DNA from: Candidatus Woesearchaeota archaeon
GTDB taxonomy: Archaea > Nanobdellota > Nanobdellia > Pacearchaeales > GW2011-AR1
Assembly: GCA_964497435.1 (NCBI GenBank)
Contig: CAZCCD010000001.1
Location: 87,009-151,008 of the forward strand
Direction of reading: 5' to 3'
DNA: 64,000 nt
Positions 1 to 8,753 of the stretch are shown in pieces. Made by a program: the position numbers and the translations under genes. The first letter of the stretch is position 1, and every line of letters begins with the position of its first letter. The notes beneath the pieces were generated by a model. It was not told the DNA's origin, did no database searches, and worked only from the letters and a program-made list of their open reading frames with translations.

Positions 1-349
1 ATAACGCAAAGCACATTAAGGTTAAAACTCGATATGTCAAAGGCAAAATTAAGTTATGTTCTACAGGATTTAGAAAAAAGAGGATTGATTAAAAGAGTTG
101 AAAAAGGAAAAACACTTCAGGTTTTTTTGAAAATATAACTAATATTTCAAATAAGAATAATTAACTTTATATATATAATTCTTTTAATATTAAAAATGAA
201 AAGAGTTGTGAATAGGGTTGGAAGTAATTGTTAAAATATTAAAATATGTTTATTAGATTTTTTCTATCTAGTTTCTTCTTTAGTTTAATAACACATATAA
301 ACGAAAACTATATAAACCATAAGTTTATATATTTAAACTATAAGTTAAA

Positions 350-934
350 ATGAGAAATGGAATGTATAATGAGATGCGTTTTCTTTTAAGCATCTTAAAA
401 AGTCCTGAAATTGAATATAATTCAAATAATCTAGCAAGACATATGGGAATCAGTTCAATGGGCGCATTAAAAATTGCAAAAAAACTAGAAAAAGAAAAGG
501 TAGTAATTTCTAGGCAGGTAGGAAGAGCAAAAATCTATAAGATTAACTTTAAAAATGAATATGCTATGCAATATATAAAATTCTTGTTAAGTAAAGAGGC
601 TGAACAAACACAATCTTATCTGAAAGTATGGATTAGAGAAGTTAAGAAGATTAAAAGTGCTGACATTGCTATATTATTTGGATCGGTATTAAAAAAGGGT
701 AAAGAAGCAAAAGATATAGATGTGCTTTTAGTTACAGATAAAAAGAGATTTTCTAAATTAAAAAAAGAAGTAGAGGATGTTAATCTTATTAGTATCAAGA
801 AAATACATCCAATGTACCAATCAAAAAGTGATTTGGAAAAGAATATAAGGGAAAGAGATAAAGTAGTGCTAAATACTATAAAAGGCATTGTCGTGTTTGG
901 AGGGAGTTATCTAATAAAAATACTTGAAAAATGA
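350..934 (+). CDS. winged-HTH + minimal nucleotidyltransferase (MNT) domain protein
   Basis: The N-terminus looks like a winged helix. The C-terminal motif 'FGSVLKKGKEAKDIDVLLV' fits the Pol-beta-type NTase signature (GS...D.D). It is paralogous to the 45378..45953 product. Confidence 0.5.
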   Translation: MRNGMYNEMRFLLSILKSPEIEYNSNNLARHMGISSMGALKIAKKLEKEKVVISRQVGRAKIYKINFKNEYAMQYIKFLLSKEAEQTQSYLKVWIREVKKIKSADIAILFGSVLKKGKEAKDIDVLLVTDKKRFSKLKKEVEDVNLISIKKIHPMYQSKSDLEKNIRERDKVVLNTIKGIVVFGGSYLIKILEK

Positions 935-956
935 GCCATTCAAAAAATAAAGTTCG

Positions 957-1463
957 GTGGTGCTTGAAAAAATCAGAAAAAGAATTAAAAAAAGGAGATT
1001 TACACATAGAGGTCTTGTTAAGATAGAGCCAGATGTTGAAGAGGCAAGAAAACATATTGAAAAAGCAGAGCATTATCTAAAAGCAACAGATTATCTGAAA
1101 AAAGGCGGTTTTTCAGATATTAGTGCAAGCACTGTTTTTTATTCTATATATCATTGTTTTTTAGCAATTGGTTTAAAGTTTGGTTATGAATCAGGAAATC
1201 AGGAATGCACTTTTGCTTTAGTCGAGAACTTAATTGAAGATGGAAAAATAGATTTTAAGAAAGAATTATTAGAAAAAATAGCAACTCTTGATCCTGATAA
1301 AGAGAAAGTAAAGAAGACTAGTGTAAAGATAAGAGAACAGTTCCAGTATGGAACATCTCTTACACTTGATGAAAATCTTTATGAAGAACTGCTTTCTATA
1401 GCTAAAGAAGTAATATCAAAAACAAAAGAAATAATTGAAGAAGAATTAGGAGAACAATATTAA
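957..1463 (+). CDS. HEPN-like partner of the upstream MNT (putative MNT/HEPN module)
   Basis: It directly follows the MNT gene and is predicted all-helical. 'RRFTHRG' is a possible Rx4-6H motif. The start was called on a GTG, so the N-terminus is uncertain. Confidence 0.3.
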   Translation: MVLEKIRKRIKKRRFTHRGLVKIEPDVEEARKHIEKAEHYLKATDYLKKGGFSDISASTVFYSIYHCFLAIGLKFGYESGNQECTFALVENLIEDGKIDFKKELLEKIATLDPDKEKVKKTSVKIREQFQYGTSLTLDENLYEELLSIAKEVISKTKEIIEEELGEQY

Positions 1464-1645
1464 GAAAAGTAAATAGCTATAATCTATTTAAACCTTAAAA
1501 CAATATACAAAAATGTAAAGATAAAAAAGTACTCTAGTTGTTCTAATCGTTGAGTTATTTTCACAATTAACTTTATATAATCTATTAACTTATTTAAGAG
1601 AAATACTTATAAGGGGGGGCTTGGTATTGGTAATTAAAAAATAAA

Positions 1646-3718
1646 ATGAAAAGACTGGTGATTTTATTTATTTTGGCTTTAGGAATTTTTTTAGTTAATC
1701 TAAACTCTGTTTCTGCTGCAACTTGGTATGTAAGCAATACAAATCCTTCATGTAACGATGCTGGTCCAGGAACTTTAGCAACACCACTATGTAATATTTC
1801 ATCAGCAAACACAAGACATGTTGGAGGTGACACAGTCTACATAATGCCTGGAGAGTATAGGGAGAGTTATTATTGTGGTGTTGGAATTTATGGGGGCGCT
1901 ATAAGCGGAAATTCTACAATCTGTCCAAAATCAGGCAGTCCAGGAAATCCGACAATTTTTTCAGGTTATGGAGACAGAAGCCAGGTAAAAATAATGGGGA
2001 GTGATCCTGTGACTGGTTGGACACAATGTAATGCAGTTTCATGTCCAGGTGTTTCAACAAATGTTTATTTCGCAAATTTTGAAGAGCCAAGTCTTGGTGG
2101 CAGATGTGGTGCACCCGGCCTTCCAACAGATTGCTGGGAGGACAGATTAACAAATCATAAACAATATCAACCCCAAGCTAGTTTAGCAGATGTTAATTCT
2201 CCAGGAGAATTCTGGCATAATAGTACATTAGATAGAGTTTATGTTTATACCTCTAATGGAGCAAATCCAAATACTCACCAGATTGAGTGCTCAAAAAGGC
2301 ATACTGTGATGACTCCTAGAGGATTATCTTATTTTATATTACAAAATTTCACAATAATGCACGGTCATTGGAACGGCGTTTATATAAGCAGTTCAATTGA
2401 AAACAGCAGTAATTTTTCTCAAATTCTTTATGCAAGTGATATAACTATCAAAGACAATGACATTGGCTGGAATTCTGGTGGAGGAAGTTGTGGCGAAAAT
2501 CCTTCCGGAATTCAATCATTACTAAATGAAGATGGTGGACCAAATTGCAGTCGGCCTTTTGTAAACGCTCCTTACTACTGTATGATGAAGAGGATTAATA
2601 TCATAGGAAATTGGATTCACGACCAAGGAAGTGATGTAGGTTACTCTCTTACTAACCCAGGAAATCATAGGGGTGCTGCAACAACTTTATACACTGTAGG
2701 CGAAAGCTTAATAGCTAACAATACTGTCTGGAACAACTATCAAGGAATTATGTTGAAAGAAAGAAACATAAACAATACAATAAGGGGGAATACAATTTTT
2801 AACATAAGCCACAGTGGTATTCATTTTAGAGCCGGCTCACATAGTATGTTGGTCGATGGAAATGTTATTTATATCGATACAGGAATAAATAGTGAAGGAG
2901 CTGGAATATCTTGGTATGGAAATGATTGGTGTACGACTCATTGCTGTGGTTCTACAACTAATTGTGATTCTAGAACTGACAATATGACTGTACTCCATAA
3001 CACTATTTGGGATATAACAAGAAGCTCTATTGGAGGAGCAGGTATAAGATTTGATGATCATTTTTATGAAAGCGGAAGTGGGAATTGGAGGAGTAGCGGA
3101 CATTTTGTTAAAAACAATTTTATTGGAAAAGCAAATTTTGAAATAACATCAAGCTACTGGAATCCTTCTGGAAATTTCACTTCAGATAATAATTCATATT
3201 ATGAGATTTCAGGATCGTCTGTATTTGGAAGGAGCTATGCTACTCCAATATCAATTTCAGAATGGCAGACAGTATCAAGTTATGATGCAACAGGACAAGC
3301 CATAATTGGAAGAGATAAGAATTCTTTATTTCTGACTTCTGCAAATGATCCTTTGTTTGTTGACGTAAATAACTATGATTTTGGATTAAATTCTAACTCG
3401 CCTTTAATTGACAAAGGACAATGGATACAAGGATATCATTGTACATCAGCAGGACCAAATTCTTCTGGTTGTCGTGAATGGTATGGTTCTGCTCCCGATA
3501 TAGGAGCATATGAATACAATCCAGGAATACCAATAGTAACTTGCATTCAAGCAGACGTCAACGACGATTTAATCATTAATATAATTGATTTAGCATTAGT
3601 GATTTATAATCAAGGACAAGGACTAACTGGAAGAGGGCATTTAGATATTAACACAGATGGCTTAATTACATTTAATGATGTTAGTGAAGTAAGGAATAGA
3701 CTTGGACAGGTATGTTAA
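1646..3718 (+). CDS. secreted right-handed parallel beta-helix (pectate-lyase-fold) protein with C-terminal dockerin-like module
   Basis: It has a signal peptide (MKRLVILFILALGIFLVNLNSVSA) and repeated PbH1-like turns (NNTIRGNTIFNISHSGIHF, VDGNVIYID, NTVWNNYQGIML). The last 60 aa (C-x-QADVNDDLIINIIDLALVIYNQG...DINTDGLITFNDVSEVRNRLGQVC) form a two-loop dockerin-like module. Confidence 0.6.
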   Translation: MKRLVILFILALGIFLVNLNSVSAATWYVSNTNPSCNDAGPGTLATPLCNISSANTRHVGGDTVYIMPGEYRESYYCGVGIYGGAISGNSTICPKSGSPGNPTIFSGYGDRSQVKIMGSDPVTGWTQCNAVSCPGVSTNVYFANFEEPSLGGRCGAPGLPTDCWEDRLTNHKQYQPQASLADVNSPGEFWHNSTLDRVYVYTSNGANPNTHQIECSKRHTVMTPRGLSYFILQNFTIMHGHWNGVYISSSIENSSNFSQILYASDITIKDNDIGWNSGGGSCGENPSGIQSLLNEDGGPNCSRPFVNAPYYCMMKRINIIGNWIHDQGSDVGYSLTNPGNHRGAATTLYTVGESLIANNTVWNNYQGIMLKERNINNTIRGNTIFNISHSGIHFRAGSHSMLVDGNVIYIDTGINSEGAGISWYGNDWCTTHCCGSTTNCDSRTDNMTVLHNTIWDITRSSIGGAGIRFDDHFYESGSGNWRSSGHFVKNNFIGKANFEITSSYWNPSGNFTSDNNSYYEISGSSVFGRSYATPISISEWQTVSSYDATGQAIIGRDKNSLFLTSANDPLFVDVNNYDFGLNSNSPLIDKGQWIQGYHCTSAGPNSSGCREWYGSAPDIGAYEYNPGIPIVTCIQADVNDDLIINIIDLALVIYNQGQGLTGRGHLDINTDGLITFNDVSEVRNRLGQVC
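3536..3715 (+). other. dockerin-like module (type A) at the C-terminus of the 1646..3718 product
   Basis: There are two D/N-rich Ca-loop-like segments (DVNDDLIIN and DINTDGLITFND), each followed by a helix (IIDLALVIY and DVSEVRNRL), and the module is bracketed by Cys residues. The same module ends the 40351..43611, 43605..44765 and 46011..47819 products. Confidence 0.5.
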
Positions 3719-3854
3719 GATATTAAAAGCTGTTAAAGTTTATCAGTCAAAATATATTAAACATGACCGATATATTCATACACTATTCTAACTAATCTTT
3801 ATTACGGAAGTGGCTGTTGCAGAATAAATAAATTAATCATTCTAAAAACTTAAT

Positions 3855-4307
3855 TTATCTCTCCCAAGGTTCTTTATATGGCCTTCCTAAAGCCTTGTAA
3901 ATTTCTCTTTCTGTTTTTCCTGCAATTAATTTTCCATTCTTATACAAACCATACTGATTTAGATGAAAACCTTTAGACATTGCAATTTTTCTTAAACCAA
4001 TACCTGCACCTTTTTCGCTTGAATAAGCTAAAAGAGTTGCTCCAAAACTTTCAATAGATGTGTAATACAATTCAACTTTAACTCTATCAACTCTCCATGT
4101 TGATTCATGCTCTCCTCCTTGAATGAATTTTCCTCTCTTCCTCATGAAATTTTCAAGTTCTATTTTATTTTTAGGAATCAAAACAATATCAATGTCTCTT
4201 GGATTTTCAGCCTTACGCCTAATGCTTCCTGCAACCGAGATTTTCTTGCAAAAAGGTTTCAGCTCTTTTATAATTTTTTCTGATAATTTTGTTATATTTT
4301 TTGACAT
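3855..4307 (-). CDS. family-X DNA polymerase palm/thumb-like nucleotidyltransferase (mini-PolX fragment-like)
   Basis: 'AGSIRRKAENPRDIDIVLIP' is the Pol-beta catalytic-Asp motif. The C-terminus (KGFHLNQYGLYKNGKLIAGKTEREIYKALGRPYKEPWER) resembles the PolX thumb (…LNEYGLF…EEEIY..LGLPYIPPELRE). Only 150 aa are present; there are no 8-kDa, fingers or PHP domains. Confidence 0.5.
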   Translation of the reverse strand: MSKNITKLSEKIIKELKPFCKKISVAGSIRRKAENPRDIDIVLIPKNKIELENFMRKRGKFIQGGEHESTWRVDRVKVELYYTSIESFGATLLAYSSEKGAGIGLRKIAMSKGFHLNQYGLYKNGKLIAGKTEREIYKALGRPYKEPWER

Positions 4308-4308
4308 T

Positions 4309-4899
4309 TTATCTTATAAATGTGCATCTATCTCTTCCAGCTTCTTTAGAGTTGTAAAGGGCTTTGTCTGCCCTTGTCTTGAAAGATTTTGTATTATCAT
4401 TTTTCTTAAACTCAGTTAGTCCCATAGAAGCAGTAACCCTGTATTTTTTTAAGACAGAGTCAGAGTGTATTGCATTCTTTAATCTTATGCAGAGTTTCCT
4501 TGCTTTGTTCAATGTTGTCTCAGGCAAGATTACAAAAAATTCTTCTCCTCCAAACCTCGCTGCAATATCTGATTTTCTTATTTGTTTTTTAATGACTTGC
4601 GCTAAAACAAAAAGCAACTCATCAGCCTTTACATGTCCGTATTCGTCATTTATTTTTTTGAAGTGGTCTATATCAACAACCATTAATGACAATTTTTGTT
4701 TCCCTCTTTTTGCTTTCTCAATTTCGATTTCAAGATGAGAATTAAAAAATCTTGCATTATAAAGCCCTGTTTTTTCGTCTTGAGTCGCTATGTCATAGAG
4801 TAAAGAAATACTTTCATTCATGTTTTTGAATAGGTCTTCAATTTTTCTCCTGATTTTTGGCTCTAGAGAAGATATCTTCCTCTTTAACTTTGTGTCCAT
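4309..4899 (-). CDS. stand-alone GGDEF-domain diguanylate cyclase
   Basis: It has the canonical GGDEF-domain motifs: TGLYNARFF (DxLTGLxNRR-like), RFGGEEF (the GG[D/E]EF active site) and KALYNSKEAGRDRC. The stop overlaps the start of the downstream NTase gene. Confidence 0.75.
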   Translation of the reverse strand: MDTKLKRKISSLEPKIRRKIEDLFKNMNESISLLYDIATQDEKTGLYNARFFNSHLEIEIEKAKRGKQKLSLMVVDIDHFKKINDEYGHVKADELLFVLAQVIKKQIRKSDIAARFGGEEFFVILPETTLNKARKLCIRLKNAIHSDSVLKKYRVTASMGLTEFKKNDNTKSFKTRADKALYNSKEAGRDRCTFIR

Positions 4900-4900
4900 A

Positions 4901-4983
4901 ATCGAAACCTCCTGCGGGTTTGTTTCGACATCCTGGCGAAGCAGCTAAAGGCTTTGCCTTTTGTCTCGATGTATCCCGCAACC
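4901..4983 (-). ncRNA. structured RNA-like element, copy 4 of a 4-member family; 5' leader of the GGDEF gene
   Basis: Its reverse complement aligns with the 54433-54557 element (GGTTGCgGGATaCATCGAGACAAAAGGCAAAGCCTTTAGCTGCTTCGCCAggATGTCgAAaCAAACCcGCaGGAGGTTTC). There are compensatory changes: GCGGG/CCCGC here versus GCTGG/CCAGC in the other copies. The GGAGGT at its 3' end lies 7 nt before the GGDEF ATG and is SD-like. A TATA-like 'cttataaatt' lies about 30 nt upstream. Confidence 0.45.
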
Positions 4984-5029
4984 ATCAATACATTAAGAAA
5001 CAACAATTTATAAGTTTTGGTTTTTTGTT

Positions 5030-5857
5030 TTAACTAGAAACATCACTCGTTTTTTTCCAGCTTATATAATTTTTGTTTAGAATGTCTATGATTTTCTGTC
5101 TTTCTTCAGAATTAAATGCTTTCCAGTCAATAACCGCAAAATCAAGCTCTTCTTCTGTTTTTTCGATTGCTTCTTTAATCATTTGTTCTGTTATTGGAGA
5201 AATGTAACTAGGAATTATATGAGAGAGAGCTATGTTTGATTTTTCCTGAATTTTATTAAAATTAGGACAATAATGAGGTCCTCCAATTCCAATCGCTATT
5301 TCCCTGTATTTACTAGGTTTAAAAGTTTCTATTGCATCTGAAATTGTCTTTGCTATTACAAAACCAGCCCTTCTATCTTCCCACTCTAAATCTTTTGAAC
5401 CTATCTCAATAAATAAACAAGGCTTAACCATTAAAGGCCCATGATGGGTTGCTTCCATGGTAATTTGATATTTTTTATCCAAGTCATATTTTTTAGAAAC
5501 ACAATTAAGAGTCTCAAATATATGTTTAAAAAATAAAGCAGATGAATAGCAAACCTTTTTTCCTTCTCCCCCAAATTTAGCCTCAAACCAGTTTCCTGGA
5601 GCATGAACTGTCAAAGACGGCTCGCCTTTCTCTGACTGATGCATTGAGGCAAAAATAATAAAGTCATACTCATCAATTTTAAATTTGTCAATATTTTCAT
5701 CATAGATAACTTTTTCATCTGTAATATAAATATCAAAGTTAGGCTGTTCCCAAAATTCGGTTTTTTCAGGGTTTCTCATAAACTGCTCCAGATTAGCAAC
5801 TATATTTTCCCCTGCAGGATCGCTCTTGCTTGCAACTACCAAATACTTTTTATACAT
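5030..5857 (-). CDS. dtdA: archaeal-type D-aminoacyl-tRNA deacylase (DtdA)
   Basis: The full-length protein resembles archaeal DtdA: SKSDPAG.NI, ATHHGP, FIEIGS..EWEDRRAG, IGIGGPHY and DWKA. Confidence 0.7.
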   Translation of the reverse strand: MYKKYLVVASKSDPAGENIVANLEQFMRNPEKTEFWEQPNFDIYITDEKVIYDENIDKFKIDEYDFIIFASMHQSEKGEPSLTVHAPGNWFEAKFGGEGKKVCYSSALFFKHIFETLNCVSKKYDLDKKYQITMEATHHGPLMVKPCLFIEIGSKDLEWEDRRAGFVIAKTISDAIETFKPSKYREIAIGIGGPHYCPNFNKIQEKSNIALSHIIPSYISPITEQMIKEAIEKTEEELDFAVIDWKAFNSEERQKIIDILNKNYISWKKTSDVSS

Positions 5858-6003
5858 GTTTTTATATTGAATTAGGGTATTTTAAATATTTTTGAGAAAG
5901 AGTATAGAAATATTTAAATACATATGAGTTTAAAAATTAGGATTAAATTAAAAATGTTTAAGTTTAAATAACCTTTAAAAACTCCTCCAATTATCTTCTT
6001 CTA

Positions 6004-7182
6004 ATGAAAGAACAAAAAACAAATGAACTGCCAGAATTAAATGTAGGAATGGTAGGGCATATTGATCATGGAAAAACAACTCTACTCTATAAACTCACTG
6101 GAAAATTCACAGACACTCATTCAGAGGAATTAAAAAGAGGAATCACAATAAAACTCGGATATGCTGATGCTGTGATAAAAGATGAAAAAGGAAAGCCTTT
6201 GAGATATGTTTCTTTCATTGATGCTCCGGGACACGAAATGTTAATGGCGATAATGCTTTCAGGGGCTGCAATTATTGATGCTGCCATACTCGTGATTGCC
6301 GCAAACGAAGGAATAAAACCCCAAACAAGAGAGCATTTTGTGGCTTTACAGGCAAAGGGTATTAAAAATATAATAATAGTCCAAAACAAAATTGATTTGG
6401 TTTCAAAAGAACAGGCATTAAAAAATTATAGAGAAATAAAAGAATTTGTTAAAGGAACAATAGCAGAAAACTCTCCAATAATTCCTGTCTCAGCCCAACA
6501 AGAAATTAATATTGATAAAATATTTGAAGAATTGAAAAAAATAAAAATTCCTGAGAGAAACACAGAAAGTACACCAATATTTCTTGTTGCAAGGAGTTTC
6601 GATATAAATAAACCAGGAACAAAAATCGAAAATCTGCATGGCGGGGTTTTAGGAGGAGTGTTAAAACAAGGAGTATTAAAAGTCAATGATGAAATAGAAA
6701 TTAAGCCAGGATTGTTAATTAAAAAAGCAAATCAGCAATCATATGAAACAATAAACACAAAAATTATATCCTTGCATAAAGGAAACAAGTCAGTACAAGA
6801 AGTGTTTCCAGGAGCAAGCATTTCAATTGAAACATCTTTGGATCCGTTTTTGACAAAATCAGATTTTCTTACAGGTTGTTTAGTCTCAAAAAAAGGAGGG
6901 CTTCCAGAAATAACTTCTAGAGTAAAGATAAAATACAATTTATTTAATGAAATAATAGGTCAGGAAGATCGTAAAAAAGTAGAGCCAATAAAAACAAAAG
7001 AGCTTTTAATGTTGAGTGTCAACACAACAATAACAGTAGGAACAGTTGAAAAAATACATGGAAATGAAACAGAGCTTTCATTAAATATACCAATAATTGC
7101 CTTAAAGTCAGGCAATGTTGGCATAGCGCGAAATATCTCCGGCCACTGGAGATTAATAGGGTTTGGTGAGATAATTCAGTAA
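6004..7182 (+). CDS. eif2g: translation initiation factor aIF2 gamma subunit (lacking the zinc-knuckle insertion)
   Basis: The GTPase motifs are GHIDHGKTTL, DAPGH and NKID. Domain II/III strings conserved with aIF2-gamma are present: RSFDINKPGT, KIKYNLFNEIIG and GHWRLIGFG. There is no Cys4 cluster between the G1 and G3 regions. Confidence 0.8.
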   Translation: MKEQKTNELPELNVGMVGHIDHGKTTLLYKLTGKFTDTHSEELKRGITIKLGYADAVIKDEKGKPLRYVSFIDAPGHEMLMAIMLSGAAIIDAAILVIAANEGIKPQTREHFVALQAKGIKNIIIVQNKIDLVSKEQALKNYREIKEFVKGTIAENSPIIPVSAQQEINIDKIFEELKKIKIPERNTESTPIFLVARSFDINKPGTKIENLHGGVLGGVLKQGVLKVNDEIEIKPGLLIKKANQQSYETINTKIISLHKGNKSVQEVFPGASISIETSLDPFLTKSDFLTGCLVSKKGGLPEITSRVKIKYNLFNEIIGQEDRKKVEPIKTKELLMLSVNTTITVGTVEKIHGNETELSLNIPIIALKSGNVGIARNISGHWRLIGFGEIIQ

Positions 7183-7231
7183 AGACAAAAGTATATAATC
7201 AATTACTGTTGCTGGATTATCGAGGAGGAGA

Positions 7232-7486
7232 TCATAGGATAACTTTACATTTTGGAATTCTCCTTAGCCTTGCAAGCAATTTTTGTTGCTCCTTGAATCT
7301 TCTTGGATTAATCTCTTGCTTTAATGAAGCATTATAATAAAAGATGCCTACTAATTCTTCTTTACCAATAATCATTTTGATATAATTTTCAAAATCAAAA
7401 TGGTAATCAGAATATTTTGGGTGTAAAGACTTCAAACCATAAACAAAATTAGCACCATCAATATAAACAGAAATTCTTTTTGTCAT
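7232..7486 (-). CDS. NYN/LabA-like domain protein, short (possibly truncated)
   Basis: 'MTKRISVYIDGANFVYGLKSL' is a NYN-domain N-terminal signature. The ORF-track start further upstream reads through a GC-rich hairpin island. The protein is only about 85 aa. Confidence 0.3.
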   Translation of the reverse strand: MTKRISVYIDGANFVYGLKSLHPKYSDYHFDFENYIKMIIGKEELVGIFYYNASLKQEINPRRFKEQQKLLARLRRIPKCKVIL

Positions 7487-7709
7487 ATTAATGAAGTCCG
7501 GTATTACCGAAGTAATAGCCGGGAACACGCTTGCAGGATGTCCGAAGACTTAAGGCATTCCTTGATACCTAATATATTCAAAATACATAATTATTTAAGC
7601 TTTTCGCCTTTCAAAATTTATCTTATTTGTCGAGATGACATTATTTCTGGATAAGACAACATTTTTTCTTCACCACTAACTTTATAAATCCCTTTTATTT
7701 AGATGTGTA

Positions 7710-8753
7710 ATGAAAAGAGTGGTAGTTGTTGGGGTGTTGATTTTAGTCGCTTTTTTAGGAATAATTCTCGCAGAAGACAACAATAGTAATAATAGTTCAA
7801 ACAACGAAACAAATAATACAAATTTAACTCTTACATGTTTTGATTCTGATGGTGGGAAAGACTACGAAGAAAAAGGCAAGTCATGGGCTGGAACAAACTG
7901 CACAGGAGACGACTGCTTAAACATAACAGCCGAAGAAGTTTATGATTCATGCCTAACTGACAAAATCTTAAAAGAAGGTTATTGTGAAGAAGGAGAAAGA
8001 TTTTTCACTAACTACACTTGCCCAGGAGTTTGTGATGACGGAAGATGTAAAGCAAATGAAACAGATGACAATGAAACCGAGGATAACGAAACAGAAATAA
8101 AAGTTTGTTGTAAAATTACAAGAACCGAAGATAATGAAACAGATGTGAAATACAACAGAATTGAACAAAATGATTGTGTCTCCTCAAATGCTACTCAAAT
8201 AACAAGAGAAGTTGTAGCTGATTCTTTCTGCACTAATCAAAGTGGTAGAGAGGCATCCAGGGAAAGACAAAGAATAAAGTTTGAGGCAAGAACAGGTGTT
8301 GAATGCCCTATAGATTGCAGATGTCAGGGAGTCACAATGAAATGTCCTCTTGAAAGTGGTGGAAGAGAAATGACAATTTTTGCAGGAAGTTCAGGCAATA
8401 TAATTATTCAAGTTAAAGGAGTTAATGCCACTACTAATGTGACATTATATAGAGATGGGAATGGAAGCATTTATGGAGTCTTTACAGGAGGAAGAGAAGT
8501 AAGAATCAAATTTATGCCTGATGAAATAAGGATAAAATTAAAAGATAAAATAAAGGCAAAATTAGAAAATGAAGAAATCGAATTAAATGAAGATGGAAAT
8601 TACAAAGTGAAGGTAATGAAAAAAGCAAGGTTGTTTTGGGTTATTCCTGTAGACGAAAATGTAGATGCTGAAATCAATGCTGAAACAGGAACATTTGTAA
8701 AGCTAAAGGGCAGATGGTGGGGCTGGATGGCCAATGATATTGATGAAGATTGA
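7710..8753 (+). CDS. secreted Cys-rich protein, paralog 1 of a tandem triplet with a shared ~150-aa C-terminal domain
   Basis: It has a signal peptide and Asn/Thr-rich and acidic low-complexity segments. The conserved C-terminal block reads ECPIDCRCQGVTMKCPLESGGREMTIFAGSSGNIIIQVKGVN…KARLFWVIPV…GRWWGWMANDID. Confidence 0.5.
   Translation: MKRVVVVGVLILVAFLGIILAEDNNSNNSSNNETNNTNLTLTCFDSDGGKDYEEKGKSWAGTNCTGDDCLNITAEEVYDSCLTDKILKEGYCEEGERFFTNYTCPGVCDDGRCKANETDDNETEDNETEIKVCCKITRTEDNETDVKYNRIEQNDCVSSNATQITREVVADSFCTNQSGREASRERQRIKFEARTGVECPIDCRCQGVTMKCPLESGGREMTIFAGSSGNIIIQVKGVNATTNVTLYRDGNGSIYGVFTGGREVRIKFMPDEIRIKLKDKIKAKLENEEIELNEDGNYKVKVMKKARLFWVIPVDENVDAEINAETGTFVKLKGRWWGWMANDIDED

Noticed and set aside
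616-1073. Antisense ORFs 616..888 and 876..1073 on the minus strand opposite the MNT/HEPN genes
   Set aside because: They are low-complexity F/L/S-rich translations of the reverse strand of AT-rich coding DNA. They overlap better-supported genes and carry no motifs.
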